The notes under the pieces were generated by a model, which worked only from the letters and a program-made list of their open reading frames with translations, did no database searches and was not told where the DNA came from. A stretch of 64,000 nt of DNA from Octopus vulgaris. Its lineage: Eukaryota. Both the position numbers and the translations under genes were made by a program. The DNA is taken from contig OX597837.1 in the NCBI GenBank assembly GCA_951406725.2, positions 17,670,001 to 17,734,000 of the forward strand, given 5' to 3'. Positions 11,900-25,310 of this stretch are shown here, one piece after another (positions within the stretch are counted from its first letter, which is position 1; every line of letters starts with the position of its first letter).

Positions 11900-13320
11900 A
11901 TGGTGCAATGCAGCTAGTGCAGATATGTTCGGTTTCAAACTTGTCAACTTTAGCCACAAGTCTCCTTGTGTCACATTCAGTCCAATTCTTTTATGGGAAA
12001 ATAAAGTTCCAAATGGTTAAAGCCAAATTCAACCCGGTACGAGGAAGGGAAGGCAACCAAAAGTAATTTCAGACGTTTCCACAGATTAGTGTAGGAATTC
12101 AATATACTTTGATGGTACCACAAACCTTTGTCATAACAGCAATATCGCAATGTGGTGTCATTGTCATTTTGTAATTCTATCAATTCCTCATGAGCTTCGT
12201 CCTTGCAATTAAGTGCATCGACCTCAAACAGATTGCTATACCAATTTGGAATATTCAGTGCAATAACATCTTGAAATCACTCCACCAAACCATCATGCAA
12301 TGATTGTAAATATTTGCGGTATGTAGTTAAATCCTTACCAACCAATCCATCTTTCAAAGAATCAAGTTGTGGAAATTGATGCAATTGACATTTTGAAATG
12401 TTAGTCTTATATAGCACCAATTTTGAAATAAAGTTAGTGATAGATGATTTACAATCAACGGGAGTTTTTCTGTTTCCTTACAATAACTTATTCAAACCAT
12501 TTAATTTTGTGAATATATCACAAATGAAAAAGATATCGCACCTTGCAGCCATCAATGAAGTGGATTGCGGAGTAGCTTCAAAGAAAGATAAGATTATATG
12601 AAACAGTTCAACAAAGCGTAAAACACAGTTTCCTTTTAACAGCCACTGCACTTCGATATGGTATAAAAAGTTTAATATGGTCCTCATCATTTCTCAGACA
12701 GAGTTGATGGAAAATTTGATCAGACAAATGACTGGATTTCAATTTGTTCACAGTCTTGATAACTAACTGTACGCATCATTTAATCTACTGTTCATATATT
12801 TGGCCACTAAATGCTGCTGGTGTGCTAAGCAATGAACAGTTAGTATCTGGTGGGAAATTTCACGCTATAGGAGAGATGAAAAATTTCTGTATCTTCCAAT
12901 CATTGAAGGGACTCCATCAGACACACAGGCAAGAATATTACTGAGTGGGATATTATGTTCAAAAAGGAAAGACTTGAGAGTGTGAAAAATAGTTGCACCT
13001 TTTGAATCAAGCAGCCATTTCTCTGTGAATAGCATTTCCTCACAAGGTTGAAGGTCTTCACTGAAATACCATCATCAAACATTGATTGTCCACAGCAGTT
13101 GACTCATTCACTAGTATAGAAAAATTCAGAACACTGGAGAATATTAATGAGCTGATGTTTGACATTGTTGGCCATTTTTAACGATGCATTGAGAAATGTG
13201 TTATTGGATCCCACTAAGTGGGATCTTCTTCATAATGTTATCGGGTTTTACGTGCATAATGATTGACAAAACCTCTTCGATATTTGGGCAAAGTAATGTT
13301 TTTCCAATTGTGTAAAATAC
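11900..13320 (-). mobile_element. hAT (Charlie/Buster-like) transposase remnant
   Basis: HIEVQWLLKGN (cf. HTEVRWLSxG) and LWKRLKLLLVAFPSSYRVEFGF (hATC dimerisation domain), with many stops. Confidence 0.8.
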
Positions 13321-13321
13321 T

Positions 13322-14345
13322 GGCTGCCAGCATTTCAAAAATTAAAGTTTATCAAAAATTTTAGAATTTCGCACATTAATATACCTTTCCAAGCTAAATT
13401 GCTGGAGTTATTGGCTCTTTTCGTTTGTCACTGTTATTTATGACATCGTTCATTCGTTTGTACTGGTTTTAGGGTTAGGGGGTTAGGATTAATGTTTTAG
13501 GGTTAGGGTTGTCATAAATAACAGTGACAAACGAAATATAGACCTCAACAGCAGTAATTTTATTCAGCTGAATACACGTCATTGATTGTTTGAAATTACC
13601 GAAATATGAGAACTTTGACGTGAAATAACTTTGTAAATATAAGTTTTTCTCAAAAATGCTAAGAGTAAAAGATATTTTATATAACATATTCTACCAGTGT
13701 CCGAAGTTTGAAAGTGTTTAGTTACAAAAAATTATTTTATAAATCTGTAGGTCAAAAGTTATTCAACTTTTACCAGAAAAATGTTTTTAAAAAGTTATAG
13801 AGGTTTGATCATTTTCACCCAGTCAAGTAACACAATTTCAAAGCTGTCATTTTGAGCATGACTGCACATTTTGTCAACATCCTGAAAATAGCACTTGTGT
13901 TTTGATATGAAACTGCAGAATTATACACGACATATAACCCCTCATAACTTTTTTTATTTTTCAGAAAATTTTTGTGAATTTGAATTCTATAAGCAGGACT
14001 TCATAACGATTATGCAAAAAAAAAAATGGTAGTGGAGTGTGATTTAAGGCCTAGGCCTATTTGGTTGCTATTTTTAGCACACATGACAACCATCTCAATG
14101 ACTGCAATAAAAATATTCGATCGATAAACAAATCTGCTTTTTTAATGCATGTAGTCAAATCAATAAAAGTTCATCCTTAATCTAGGCATGTCTAGATATC
14201 AGTAAATGCAAACTTAATCTCTAAAAATTCCTTGTCACCCACAAAATGTTCATATTACCCACCAAAATCTCAAATCACCCACCATTTTCTAGAAATTCGA
14301 CCATTGCCCACGTGTATGTTGAAATTGCCCACTTTGGGAAGCTAT
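13322..14345. repeat. Dispersed non-coding element, copy 1 (interrupted by an insertion)
   Basis: Reverse-complement match to 63279-63929 from GGCTGCCAGCATTTCAAAAATT to TTTGGGAAGCTAT. Confidence 0.8.
13413..13756. mobile_element. Insertion with 7-bp TSD, internal 27-bp inverted repeat and TTAGGG repeats
   Basis: AGTTATT is duplicated at 13406-13412 and 13757-13763, and the paralog near 63840 shows the empty site. Confidence 0.75.
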
Positions 14346-14699
14346 AGAGTAAGGTGGTCATGAGATGTGCTAGAAACAACAAGTAAATCTCCCTAAAATC
14401 ACATCTTTTTGCCTTAAAATTATTTTGAAATTATAAACAGAAACAAATTGCTGATTCAGACTCTGTAATTGAAGATTATGATTTTAAAAAATTTGGAAAG
14501 AAAGCTAAAATTTTAGGATTTATGGAGGGGCAGGGTTAATGAAAAAATTGTCAGATCCTAATGGTCAGTGGCCTATAACCTCTCTTCAAAAAAAAAATGG
14601 TTATAGGCCACCAGCCATTAGGGTCTAATGAGACGTAAAGCTAAGCACTTTATGTACAGAAAACCCTGGGTAACCCTATGAACCAGCCATTACTATATA

Positions 14700-17385
14700 T
14701 CATTTAACATCTATCTTTCATACATGCATGGATAGGAAGGATGACAGGAGCCAGCCAGATAGAAAATCTACCCTAGGCTACTGTGTCTGTTTGGCAGGGA
14801 TTTTACAGCTGCATGCCCTTCCTAACACCAACCACTCTGCAGAGTGGACTCAGTGCCTTTTACATGGCACTAGCACTGGCGGAATTCACTTTGGCATGAT
14901 TTTTACAGCTGAATGACCTTCCAAATGCTAACTACTGGACTGGAAGCTTTTAACGTGAAACCAGCACTAGCAGGGTAACCAAGTAACTCACAAGACAAGA
15001 AATTATGAGAGGGGGAAAGACATTTGAGGAGAGGAACTTGTGTCAGAGGATGAAAGGTTAGAGTGTGACAAAGAGACAAGCAGGCATCTTGCCACAACAG
15101 AGGGGGCATTAGAGGAGGTGATCCAGTATTAAATGATGAAAGGTTACACTGTAACAGAGAAATAGGTGGAGATACATGGTTACCCAGTGAGAAAGAGGTA
15201 CAGGAAAGAAGCCAGAAACAAGTATGCTGATGTAAAGGAGATATTTGGTTACTTAGAGGAAAAGCAAGGAGAGAGAGAGTAGAAAACAGCAAAAGTGTAA
15301 GAGAGAGTAGAGGAGGAGATGGCGTTGTGCTAGGGTATACTCACAAATAACAAGAATATGAGCATTGAACCTGGTTAGAAAAATAGGGTGTGGGTGTAGG
15401 GAGCAGGGTAGTGGGGGCAAGAAAGTGGATTAGAAAACAATCATAATTTATGAAGAGGAAATGTGAAGAAGAGAAAGATGCAGTTAGAAGAGGAGTTGTA
15501 GTTCAGTTTCTTAGGGTAGAATGGGTGAAAAGTGTGTTGCTACATGTGGGTGGGTCACAATTCTTCTAGCATTCAGTTTCATGGATAGGGCTTCTCTAGA
15601 ACCTCATATCACCAAACATCTTGGTCCTCTATGAGGCCTAACATCCTAAGATCGTTCCTCACTACTTCATCCATGTCTTCCACAGATACCATCCACTTTC
15701 AGTGACAGGCACTTCTGTTTACAGCTGTCTTCACTCATATGCATCACATATCCAAACCCATGCATTCTCCTCTCCTGCATACTACATTCAATCCCTTTTG
15801 CCCAACTTTTTTCTCAACACAGTTGTGCTTTGCCAATCATGCACTTTATGGTTGCAAATCCAATGAAGCATGCTACCTTCATTCCTCTCCAGCCTATGCA
15901 TGCCATCCATAGTCATGTAATACAAGCATCATACAATCTGCCTTTCTCTCTGAGAGAGAGTCCTTTTGCTGCCAACAGAGGTAGTAGCTCTCTTAATTTG
16001 CTCCACCCTATTCTTATTCTAAAATCAATACTTTCAAAGTATTCACCACCATTACTAATTTCGTCACCTAAATAGCAGAAACTATTTACTCCCTCAAGAG
16101 AGCCTCCTGGGCTCTCTCTCTTTGAGAGAGTTTAAGTCCCTCGTGCTCTTAGTACTAACTGTTCCTGTGCATCTTCACACATGAAAGCAACCTTATCTGA
16201 TAACCTTCCCATAATTCCATTGCATCTCATATGTCCATAGCTTATACTTGGTGCAGCAAATGGAATTACATCCCCCTCCTTTCTTTCATATTGAACAGGG
16301 GTATTTGCTATCTGGAATGAGGGTCTTATCTCCTTCCTTGCTAACAACAACTTCAGTTTTAGTTAAGTTAACTTTAAGGCCCTTTGATTGCAGTTTTTGC
16401 TTCCAAACTCAGAACAACTTCTCTGATTCTACTTCAAATTCTGCAATAAGAGAAAGATCATCAGCATATAGTAGTTCCCATGGACATCCAATTTTGAATT
16501 CATCTGTCATGGCCTGGAGAACTATGATGAATAAAAATGAGCTATTAACTGATCCCTGGTGTACTCCAACTTGTACGTTAAATTTGTCACTGTATTCAAG
16601 GCCAACTCTCACCCTATGGACAGCATCACTGTACCATAGCCTGAACTGCTCTAATAAGCCACTCCTCTACTCCTAGCTTCCTTAGAGACCATCAAATAAG
16701 AGAGCGGGGAACCCTGTCAAAAGCTTTCTCTAGGTTGACGAAGGCTAAGTACAATGGCTTACTTTTGGCCAGATATTTTTCTTGCAACTGTCTCACTATG
16801 AAGATGGTATCTGTGGTACTTCTCCCCGGAACAAAACCAAACTGCATCTCATTTAGTTTAATTCTATCCCAAATCAGTTGAGATATAACTCTCTTTTTAA
16901 TTTTCTTGACCTGATCCAGCAGCTTCATACCTCTGTAATTGTTTCTATCTAAGGCATTACCTTTACCCTTGTAGCAGCTAACTATAATACTGCTACACCA
17001 GTCTTTGGGGATAATATCTTCCTTAATAACCTGATTAACTATGTGAATGAGTAGGCTGTATCCCATACTACCTGATATTTTAATCATCTCGGCAATGATA
17101 GCCGATGGTCCAGGGCCTTTCGCAGTCTTCATTTTTTTTTTGCATCACAGATCTCAAGTAGACTTGTACCTTCCTCATTCATGATGCCAAAGCCATAACC
17201 ACCATGCACACCATGGAATCCATGGGAATGCTGCCCAACATGTCCATTAAAGTCGCCGGCCACCATAACGAAGTCCCTGTCATTTGTTATTGAGGTAGTT
17301 TGCAAAAGGACCTTGTAGAATTGGTCCTTCTGATCACCACCCAGCCCAGCCTGTGGAGCATAGGCAGAGATAAATGTAATTGTTT
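14700..17385 (-). mobile_element. RTE LINE remnant (APE endonuclease fragment, RT, 3' UTR), internally deleted
   Basis: EN motifs SAYAPQ and GDFNGHVG...YGFG..NEEG (17140-17385); RT motifs QFGFVPGRSTTD, LEKAFDRVP, GVHQGS and LYADD; degenerate PHD region; CATTTAACATC tail at 14701. Confidence 0.9.
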
Positions 17386-17595
17386 TACTCTTTTATTTGT
17401 TTGTCATTTGACTGCAGCCATGCTGGAGCACCACCTTTAGTTGAACAAATCAACCCCAGGACTTATTCTTTGTAAGCTTAGTACTTATTCTCTCAGTCTC
17501 TTTGGCCGAACCGCTAAGTTACAGGGACACAAACACACCAACATCGGTTGTCAAGCAATGGTGGGGAGACAAACACAAACACACAAGTATATACA
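17386..17595 (-). mobile_element. SINE 3' portion
   Basis: CATTTGACTGCAGCCATGCTGGAGCACC...GGTTGTCAAG family, with other copies near 23700, 33320, 36230, 40675, 43940, 51080 and 62270. Confidence 0.75.
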
Positions 17596-18653
17596 TCATC
17601 ATCATCATCATCATCATCGTTTAACGTCCGTTTTCCATGCTAGCATGGCTTGGGCAGTTCGAATGGGGTCTGGGAAGCCAGGAGGCTGCACCATACACAC
17701 ATGAACATGCAGCCCACACAGGGGTAAACATAGATGTAAATATATACACATATACCTGTTAGCATATACATATATACTCATAGACATATACATCCACACT
17801 AACATACATAATGAGGTTCACATGAGTACATACAGACATGCAGTAAGCTAACAGACACACACTAAAAAAAAAGGGGGATACAGAGGGGGGAAACCTTTAC
17901 ACACAGACCATGAGTATGATTACTTAGGGAGAGTCATATACATTTGTAATTAAAAGGTGGAGGAGGGCAAGCATAATGTTTTTGCAAGATGGACACTGTT
18001 TATAATGTACATTAAGATTCAGAACTTTTACTATAATTATTATTATCAATGCACCCTAAGCCACATAATATTATAGATTAATGTTTCAAGCCATATATTA
18101 TCATATAAACATCGTAGGAACATATGAAAAACTGTACTGTTCTGCTCTAATATAAAACATTAGAGTATTCGTACTAATCTAATCTACATAATATATATGA
18201 GAAAATGGCTATTAAGGATGCTGAACAGGAGAGAGACATTAAAGGCATGAAATTAAACTAAGACCAAGATTAAAAACTTAGCTCCTGTTTTCACTTCCAG
18301 CAATAAGAAAATAAAACAAAACAAACTATGTCTATCAATGCAGAACGTTTTTGCATGTGTGTGTGTGTGTTCTTAATTCATTTCTTAATCATTTGTCCAA
18401 AAGAGCCTAAGATTGCAATCTTCCCATTTATGAGGCCCATAACACTGAATGAAAACTGATACAGGATACTGTATCTGGGCTTATATTGGGACATCTTTGT
18501 TAGTTACTTACCCCATTTCTGTTGACAGTCTTTAAGACACTGACAAATGTCATGAGCACTGCTACCCTTCCTCTTCTGACTACACAATTCAAAAATATGT
18601 GCATATGTATATATGTCTGCAGATACGCATGTGTGTGTGTGAACTGATATATA

Positions 18654-18861
18654 CAAGGGAGTGTCGAAAAGTTCCTGGCTTTGGAAGAAAGAAAATACAG
18701 GGGGATCAGTTTATTATGATTTTATTCACCTCTCAGATTCACACACTTATTGCAACGGTCCTTCAGTTTTTCTAAGCCCTGTAAAAGAACTCAGAAGGTT
18801 GGGCCTTCAACCAGGCCTTTCACAATACCCTTAAAGCCAGGAACTTTCCAGCACCCCCTCC
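18654..18861. mobile_element. Mariner-type MITE
   Basis: Imperfect TIRs of about 30 bp (CAAGGGAGTGTCGAAAAGTTCCTGGCTTT / AAAGCCAGGAACTTTCCAGCACCCCCTCC) with TA flanks. Confidence 0.8.
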
Positions 18862-19394
18862 TATATGTCGTGGGAAGTGAGTAAGAGCATGTACTTGTGT
18901 GTGTTCTGTGGATAGATATATGTATGATATATACTTACATGCACCCACACACATATGTGTGTGCCAGGTGTGACGTGAACCAGCTAAAGGTAATGAGAAT
19001 AAAATGTAAATAGATTACAACTATGTTTTGTGTTGCAGTCATTGTTGCTGTACTTTCCCAACCTTTGTGATTTTTACTATTAAATATCTGTCCTCACTAT
19101 TAATGATGGCCTAAGCTTGTACATAACATCAGAAACCTGTCACACTGCTCTCTTACTTAATCACTATCCCCCCTCCTCGTCTTTCATTCTAAATTCTTAT
19201 ATGGACTACATGTTCATCTACCTATTTCTCTCCTTGATTTTCAGCTTATCATATTATTTCAGTTTCATTCCATCCTCTTAATACTCTTTCAATAGAGAAG
19301 TGATGTAATGGAGAAGACAAGCCATCTGGAATAGTAGTAATGTTAAAATAAAAGCTTGAGCAAAGTTGAGAGGAGATACTTGGTCTATGGATGA

Positions 19395-19474
<80 letters not shown>

Positions 19475-20031
19475 TGCCTGTGAAATATCAGACATTACCC
19501 AAACTTAGCACTATTACCACTATTACAGGGCATAGCCAAGAATAAAATAACAAGAGACCTGCTTAATAAAACACCAATACAATCTATTCTAAATCAATAT
19601 TAGTCTTGCCAACTGAGTAGAATGTGTCTCTTTGAAGGTCTAATAAGACTGAAACACCAGTTGACTTAGAGACCAAATCCACACCTGTGAGGCATTACCT
19701 GTATTTTTCAGTTATTTGATTTTATCTCCCTTGTTTATTATATTTAAATTTTAAACACTTAGAGAGGGAGTTTTCATCAACTAATTGCATAGATAAACTC
19801 AGTTAACTAGTTTTCAACTCATAATATTAAATATGTAAGAGTGTAGCAGAAGTATTTTCCACTTGACCACTTGTTGATAATAATGTTTTGTGTGTGTTAT
19901 GTTAATAGTACTCCAGGCTGGTCTTGAGTGTAATGGTGAAAACAAATGAGAAAAATCTATGAAGGCAACATTCCAGCAGTCCCTTCATATGCCAGCTAAA
20001 GTGAACTAAACAACGTGTGTGTGTATGTATG

Positions 20032-20103
<72 letters not shown>

Positions 20104-20173
20104 CTTTTCCATGCTAGCATAGGCGAGATTGTTAAAGCATTGTTTCATAGACAGATTCATTTCCTATCAGTAA

Positions 20174-20779
20174 CAAGGTGTCCCAAAAGTCACTGTTGGG
20201 TTTCAATTTTTGATAGCTTCATAAACCCTCTCTTTCAGATATCCCCACAAGAAAAAGTCTGAGCTAGTCAAGTCAGGGGAATGTGAAGGCCAGTTGATGT
20301 TGCTGTAGCAGGAGATTATTCTCTCTCCAAAGCACTGCCATAGCAACTGCCTTGTTTCTCTTGCAGTATGAGCAGTTGCCTCATCTTTCTGGAACCATAT
20401 GTGAGGTCTATTTTGAATGGCCACGTGCAAAAAGTCTCAATCATGGATGCCTGAAAGAGAGGGTTTCCATCAACAAACCAGAGACCCTGGTGCAACTGAA
20501 GGAGAACATCAATAGAGAAATCAGAGAAGTGGAGTCTGAAACTCTTGAGGATGTTATGGTGCAAGTTCTGGAAAGAGCATGGGCATGCAAAGTCGAAAAT
20601 GGCTGCCATTTAAACGATGTCCTTCTTTTATATGTGATGTGGTGGTATTGCAAAATCTGACCTATGCGTATCAATTTTCATTATGTCCTTTATACTGTAT
20701 CAAAGTTTCATACATTTCTTTGTAAAGTTAAGGAGGTTGTTAAAAATTGAAACCCATCAGTCACTTTTGGGACACCCTG
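20174..20779. mobile_element. Tc1/mariner deletion derivative with internally inverted transposase pieces
   Basis: TIRs CAAGGTGTCCCAAAAGTCACTG / CAGTCACTTTTGGGACACCCTG. WFQKDEATAHT...WPSHSPDLTSSDFFLWGYLKERVY lies on -, LKERVSINKPETLVQLKENI on +. Confidence 0.8.
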
Positions 20780-21169
20780 TAGTACAAGACACTTGCCTTA
20801 GGTGCCACTCAAGGGGACTGAACCCAGATCCATATGATTGGAAAGCAAAAATCTTACCACACAGCCATATGTGTGTGTGTGTGTGTGTGTGTGCAAATAT
20901 ACCTGTATATACAATTATACTTATACACACACACATATGTACATATAGATATGTATAATTGTGTGTATGCGTGCGTGTGTGTGTATCATTCACATTATGA
21001 AGAAGAAAGATAACCACTTGGTATTAATATCGTTTCATTCACTAATTTATTTCTTAATTATCCTACTGGTTATTTGCAACATCAGTAACTGAAAAGTCAA
21101 TATTCTATATATCATTTACAATGAGATTTGGGTGGTATGCAGTGAGTAGGCACCTGTCAATGAGGTAGC

Positions 21170-21490
21170 ACAGTACACCTTCTCCTCAACTTACGACCTA
21201 TGCGACTTATGGCCATCTGTACTTATGACCACAAAAATTAATTAATTAATTATTAAATAAATTTTTAAACATCAGTTTTCGGACGTTGGGCAGCTGTGCA
21301 TACAATAACTATGGCAGTATCTAGCAACAGGCCTCCCTCAGAGCCAGGCATCCACTTCATTCACTTCTTTCAAGCATCAGTTGTGAGTGGATTTGTTACA
21401 ATTGTATCTGAAATACCCCTAAAATGACTGGTAAAAGAAAAATGCTTTCATCTACAGATGTGCTGGCTAAGAAGTCAAGGAAACCTATTG
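21170..21490 (+). mobile_element. Tigger/pogo-like element 5' end
   Basis: CAGTACACC...CAACTTACGAC end, followed by an ATG reading MTGKRKMLSSTDVLAKKSRKPI, resembling a Tigger transposase N-terminus. Confidence 0.55.
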
Positions 21491-21495
21491 AAAAG

Positions 21496-21599
21496 TCACC
21501 TGATGAGGCACATCTGCACTGAAAGGTACATCACAATCAGTTGTACAGAATCTCATCCGTGAGGGACTAATGCAAAATGGGTTGAAATTATTGTAGTGA
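21496..21599 (+). ncRNA. Hammerhead-ribozyme-like motif in a Penelope terminal-repeat fragment
   Basis: TCAC-CTGATGA-GGCACAT...ATGGGTT-GAAA-TTATTG-TA-GTGA. The core is intact but helices II and III are eroded; same family as 7739-7844. Confidence 0.55.
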
Positions 21600-21799
21600 T
21601 TAATAAAGAATCTTGTGAATTCCATTTTCTTTTACCAGTCATTTTAGGGGTATTTCAGATACAATTGTAACAAATCCACTCACAACTGATGCTTGAAAGT
21701 GAATGAAGTGGATGCCTGGGTCTGAGGGAGGCCTATTGCTAGATACTGCCATAGTTGTTGTATGCACAGCTGCCCAACGTCTGAAAATTGAGGCAATGA

Positions 21800-22298
21800 T
21801 GAAAGACCAGAGGCAATGATGAAAGACCAAGACCTCTGGAGATATGCTGTGACTGCGAAGACCCAACAAATGAAGTGAGTTCATGGCTCACAGGACGGCC
21901 TGCTGTGCTTACCTGGGATTGTAGAGTGACCCGCTGTGCTTGAGGAGACCTACTGAGTCAAGTACATTAACATCAAAATAAAAATCAAATGGAAATTGTA
22001 GTTGTGATACCTGTGTCGGTGGCACATAAAAAGCACCATCCAAATGTGGCCAATGCCAGCGCCACCTTGACTGTCGTCTGTGCCAGTGGCATGTAAAAAG
22101 CACCAACCAATTGTGGCTGTTGCCAGTGGCACATAAAAAGCACCCACTACACTCACAGAGTGGTTGGCATTAGGAAGGGCATCCAGCTGTAGAAACACCA
22201 CCAGATCAGACTGCAGCCTCCTGGCTTCCCAGGCCCCGGTTGAACTGTCCAACCCATGCTAACATGGGAAATGAATGTTAAACGATGATGATGATGAT
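21800..22298 (+). mobile_element. RTE LINE 3' end
   Basis: End of ORF2 (DQDLWRYAV), 3' UTR and (GAT)n tail. Confidence 0.85.
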
Positions 22299-22310
22299 GT
22301 ATTTATATAC

Positions 22311-22504
22311 ACTAGTACCTCGGTTTTCAAATACCTCTGATCACGAATAAATCATACTTTATATATATGTAAAGCATAATTATTCATGATCAGATGCCTT
22401 CGTAAAACCAAGGTACTATACTGTATTAAATGAATATGAGAAAGGCAGGAGATAAAGCACGATTTATTCATGATCAGAGGTGTTCAGAAACCAAGGTACT
22501 ACTG
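22311..22504. mobile_element. Tigger-type MITE with duplicated right end
   Basis: TAGTACCTCGGTTTTC...TGATCACGAATAAAT versus ATTTATTCATGATCAG...AAACCAAGGTACTA, the latter present twice (ending near 22420 and 22500). Confidence 0.6.
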
Positions 22505-22689
22505 TATATGCAAGCATGGAAAAGTTGATGATGATGATGATATAATTGGAGTAGAGATTCAAAGAATCAAACAAGATGCATGATAAGCTCTTTGCCAGGT
22601 GTATGGCTATCAAGAAGACAGTAGATGAGTTTAGGGTATAAAACTAATGATACCATCCTACTGAAAATCAAGGCATATCAATGATAGAG

Positions 22690-22895
22690 AGAATATAATT
22701 GATCAACTCCAGGAGGGGTGAGAGATGCAATATTTATTGGTTTTGTGCTAAGTGCACCAATAATAATTATTGTGTTAGTCTTTTCAGCTCTTTGGCTAGA
22801 TCTTGATATTTCTCAATTTTTTTTATTTCTTTGCTATTAGCACTGCTATGATAGGGAATTGAAAAGTCTCTAACCTTGCAATGTTTGTTTATTTT
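22690..22895 (-). mobile_element. RLE-endonuclease non-LTR retrotransposon fragment (R4/Dong-like)
   Basis: Minus strand reads DFSIP...KKIEKYQDLAKELKRL...IIIGAL, the end of a PD-(D/E)xK RLE domain. Confidence 0.6.
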
Positions 22896-23339
22896 ATTCT
22901 CTATAAACCATCATCATCATCATCGTCGTCGTCGTCACCACCATAATCATCCTATTATTCTTCCTCTCCTGCTTCTTAGCTGCCCTGATTCAGTTTATGT
23001 CTATCTTTCACTTGTATACTTTTGCTTTGTTCTGTCTTCCCCGTCCTCTCTTCTTAAACTCGTGTTTCCTCTTGCTTTTGTCCTGCACTCTAACCAACTG
23101 CCCACTTGTATTCAAATTACTTCCATCTGCAGCTGTCTCCAAATGTCAGCTGATCCACCTGATCAATGAGTATTTAAAGTAAATTCCGGGCATGGATATT
23201 TATTTGCATCAGGCAAAAAAACAAAGATGTTGGCTATGCATTGATTGAGTGGACACATCAGCTTCAGAATAAACATTTACCATTTAACAAACTAAAAAAT
23301 GAAAGAAGCTAAAATCTGCTATAATGTACATGGCTAGGC

Positions 23340-24105
23340 ACAGGCATGGTTGTTTGGTTGACAAGAATGTTTTGCAACCCCATAGTTTTGGCTTCAGTGT
23401 GGCACCTTGGGTAAGTGTTTTCTACTACAAACCCCAGGCAGCCAATGCTTTGAAAGTGAATTTGGTTGACAGAAACTGTGTGGAAGCCTACTGAACATAT
23501 ATAAGCATAGCTTTGTGGCAAGAAGCATGCTTCCCAACCACATGGTTCCAGGTTCAGTCCCACTGCATGGCACCTTGGGCAAATGTCTTTTACTGCAGCC
23601 TCAGGCCGACCAAAGCCTTGTGAGTGGATTTGGTTGACAGAAACTGAAAGCCTGTCATGTATGTGTGTGTGTGTCTTCGTCTCTGTGTTTGTTTCCCCAT
23701 CACTGCTTGACAACCAGTGTTGGTATGTTTACGTCCCCATAACTTAGAAGTTTAGCAAAAGAGAACAATAGAATAAGTACTAAGCGTTAAAATGTCCTGG
23801 GATCAATTTGTTCACTTAAAATCCTTCAAGGCAGTGCTCCAGCATGGCAACAGACAAATGACTGAAATAAATAAAAGAATAAAAGTATATGCATGTATGT
23901 ATTATGTAGGGTGTGTGTGTGTTTGTGTCTGTGTTTGTCCCTGTCACTACTCAACAACCAATGTTGGTTTGTTTATATCCCTACAACTTAGGGGTTTGGC
24001 AAAAGAGATCAAAAGAATAATTCCCAGGGTTGATCTGTTTGACTAAAACTCTTCAAGGCGGTGCCTCAGCATGTTTGCAGTCTAATGACCGAAAAAGGTA
24101 AAAGG
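23340..24105 (+). mobile_element. Cluster of tRNA/CORE-type SINEs (one near complete, about 23505-23885)
   Basis: tRNA-like head, CCTTGGGCAA core-like block, (GT)n, and tail ending TGACTGAAATAAATAAAAGAATAAAA. Confidence 0.8.
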
Positions 24106-24109
24106 TTAA

Positions 24110-25310
24110 AGTTAACTGTGAAATCTTCACAAAGCTGGTTACAAAAATTTATGAAAAGGCATGACATTAAATATTTAATGACTTGTGGTAAAAAGGTATT
24201 TGCTGATCATAAGACAGCTGAGAGATTCACTGATGAGTTTCCAAGGATTATTGCAGAGGAAAATTTAACAATAGGACAAATGCATTATACCGATGAAGCA
24301 TCATTGTTCAGGTATTATTGCCCCAAGGAAACATTTGCTACAGCTGATTTCTGATGACTTCCTGGCAAGCCCTTCGTTTATTTTTACATTCTCAATTAAT
24401 CAAGGTTTAGTCTTTAGTTTCTGTCAACTGCCAGACAATGGTTTCTTTCTGTTTTGCTTTCCTTTTAAAAGAATTTTGAAAAGATTTTGTATTTTTAGAA
24501 CTTTTATTGTAAAGTAATTTCAAAATATAGATTGATTTCAGACTTCAGGGATTAAGATAACCAAGGATAGCTCTCAGACTTCTCCTTGAGAGATTGACTT
24601 CTGATGTCAATCTCTTAACTATGCTGGCATGTGCTAATGCATTATTAATTCAGCGATGTTACCAAAGCATCCTTAGATTATTGAAGGCTAAATGTAAACA
24701 CAATTTCTTGAACAGTGTTCTGGCAGCAGTGAACAAAGCTGTATCTGTGTTAAGGCTTCCAAAAAGAGTTTATTGTAAAGAATACCTATATATGCAGTTG
24801 TCAATGCATGGAATTAAGTGCAATGTCTGATGCATGAAAAAATGTTCAGTGATGATAATGAGTAAAGAATAAAAAAGATTCGGCATACCAAGCCAAAAAA
24901 GATGGTATCAGATCTCCTTACATACCAACAGAATCTGGGAGTAAGCTGGAGGAAGAGGAGATCAAAGTATAATATTGATAACAATACTGTAACTGTTCAT
25001 ATTATTACTAACAGGGAAATAGTTGAAATGATTCTCAACCAGGATGATCCTGATAATAATGATGGTGATGATGATGATGACAATGATAATAACAACAACA
25101 GTAGTTGCAGTGACAACAACGACAACATGGTTATCACATTAGAAAAGGTACCCATAGGTAACAGGATGAAAATATGTGATAAACTTACAAAAAGACAAGA
25201 ACAGCTTTAATTACAGAACAAGAAATCATAGCAGTGTACAAAATCAGAGAAAGACTTCTACAACAAAGATCTTTGTTAATGAAGCATATGTCACTTGAAT
25301 CATTTTAAAA
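24110..25310 (+). mobile_element. Tigger/pogo (jerky-like) transposase remnant
   Basis: SSQSWLQKFMKRHDI...ADHKTAERF...TDEASLF (CENP-B HTH and start of DDE), with an acidic C-terminal region near 25000. Confidence 0.8.

Noticed and set aside
14551-14628. Small imperfect inverted repeat of about 30 bp
   Set aside because: Single, degenerate and without a TSD; probably a MITE remnant.
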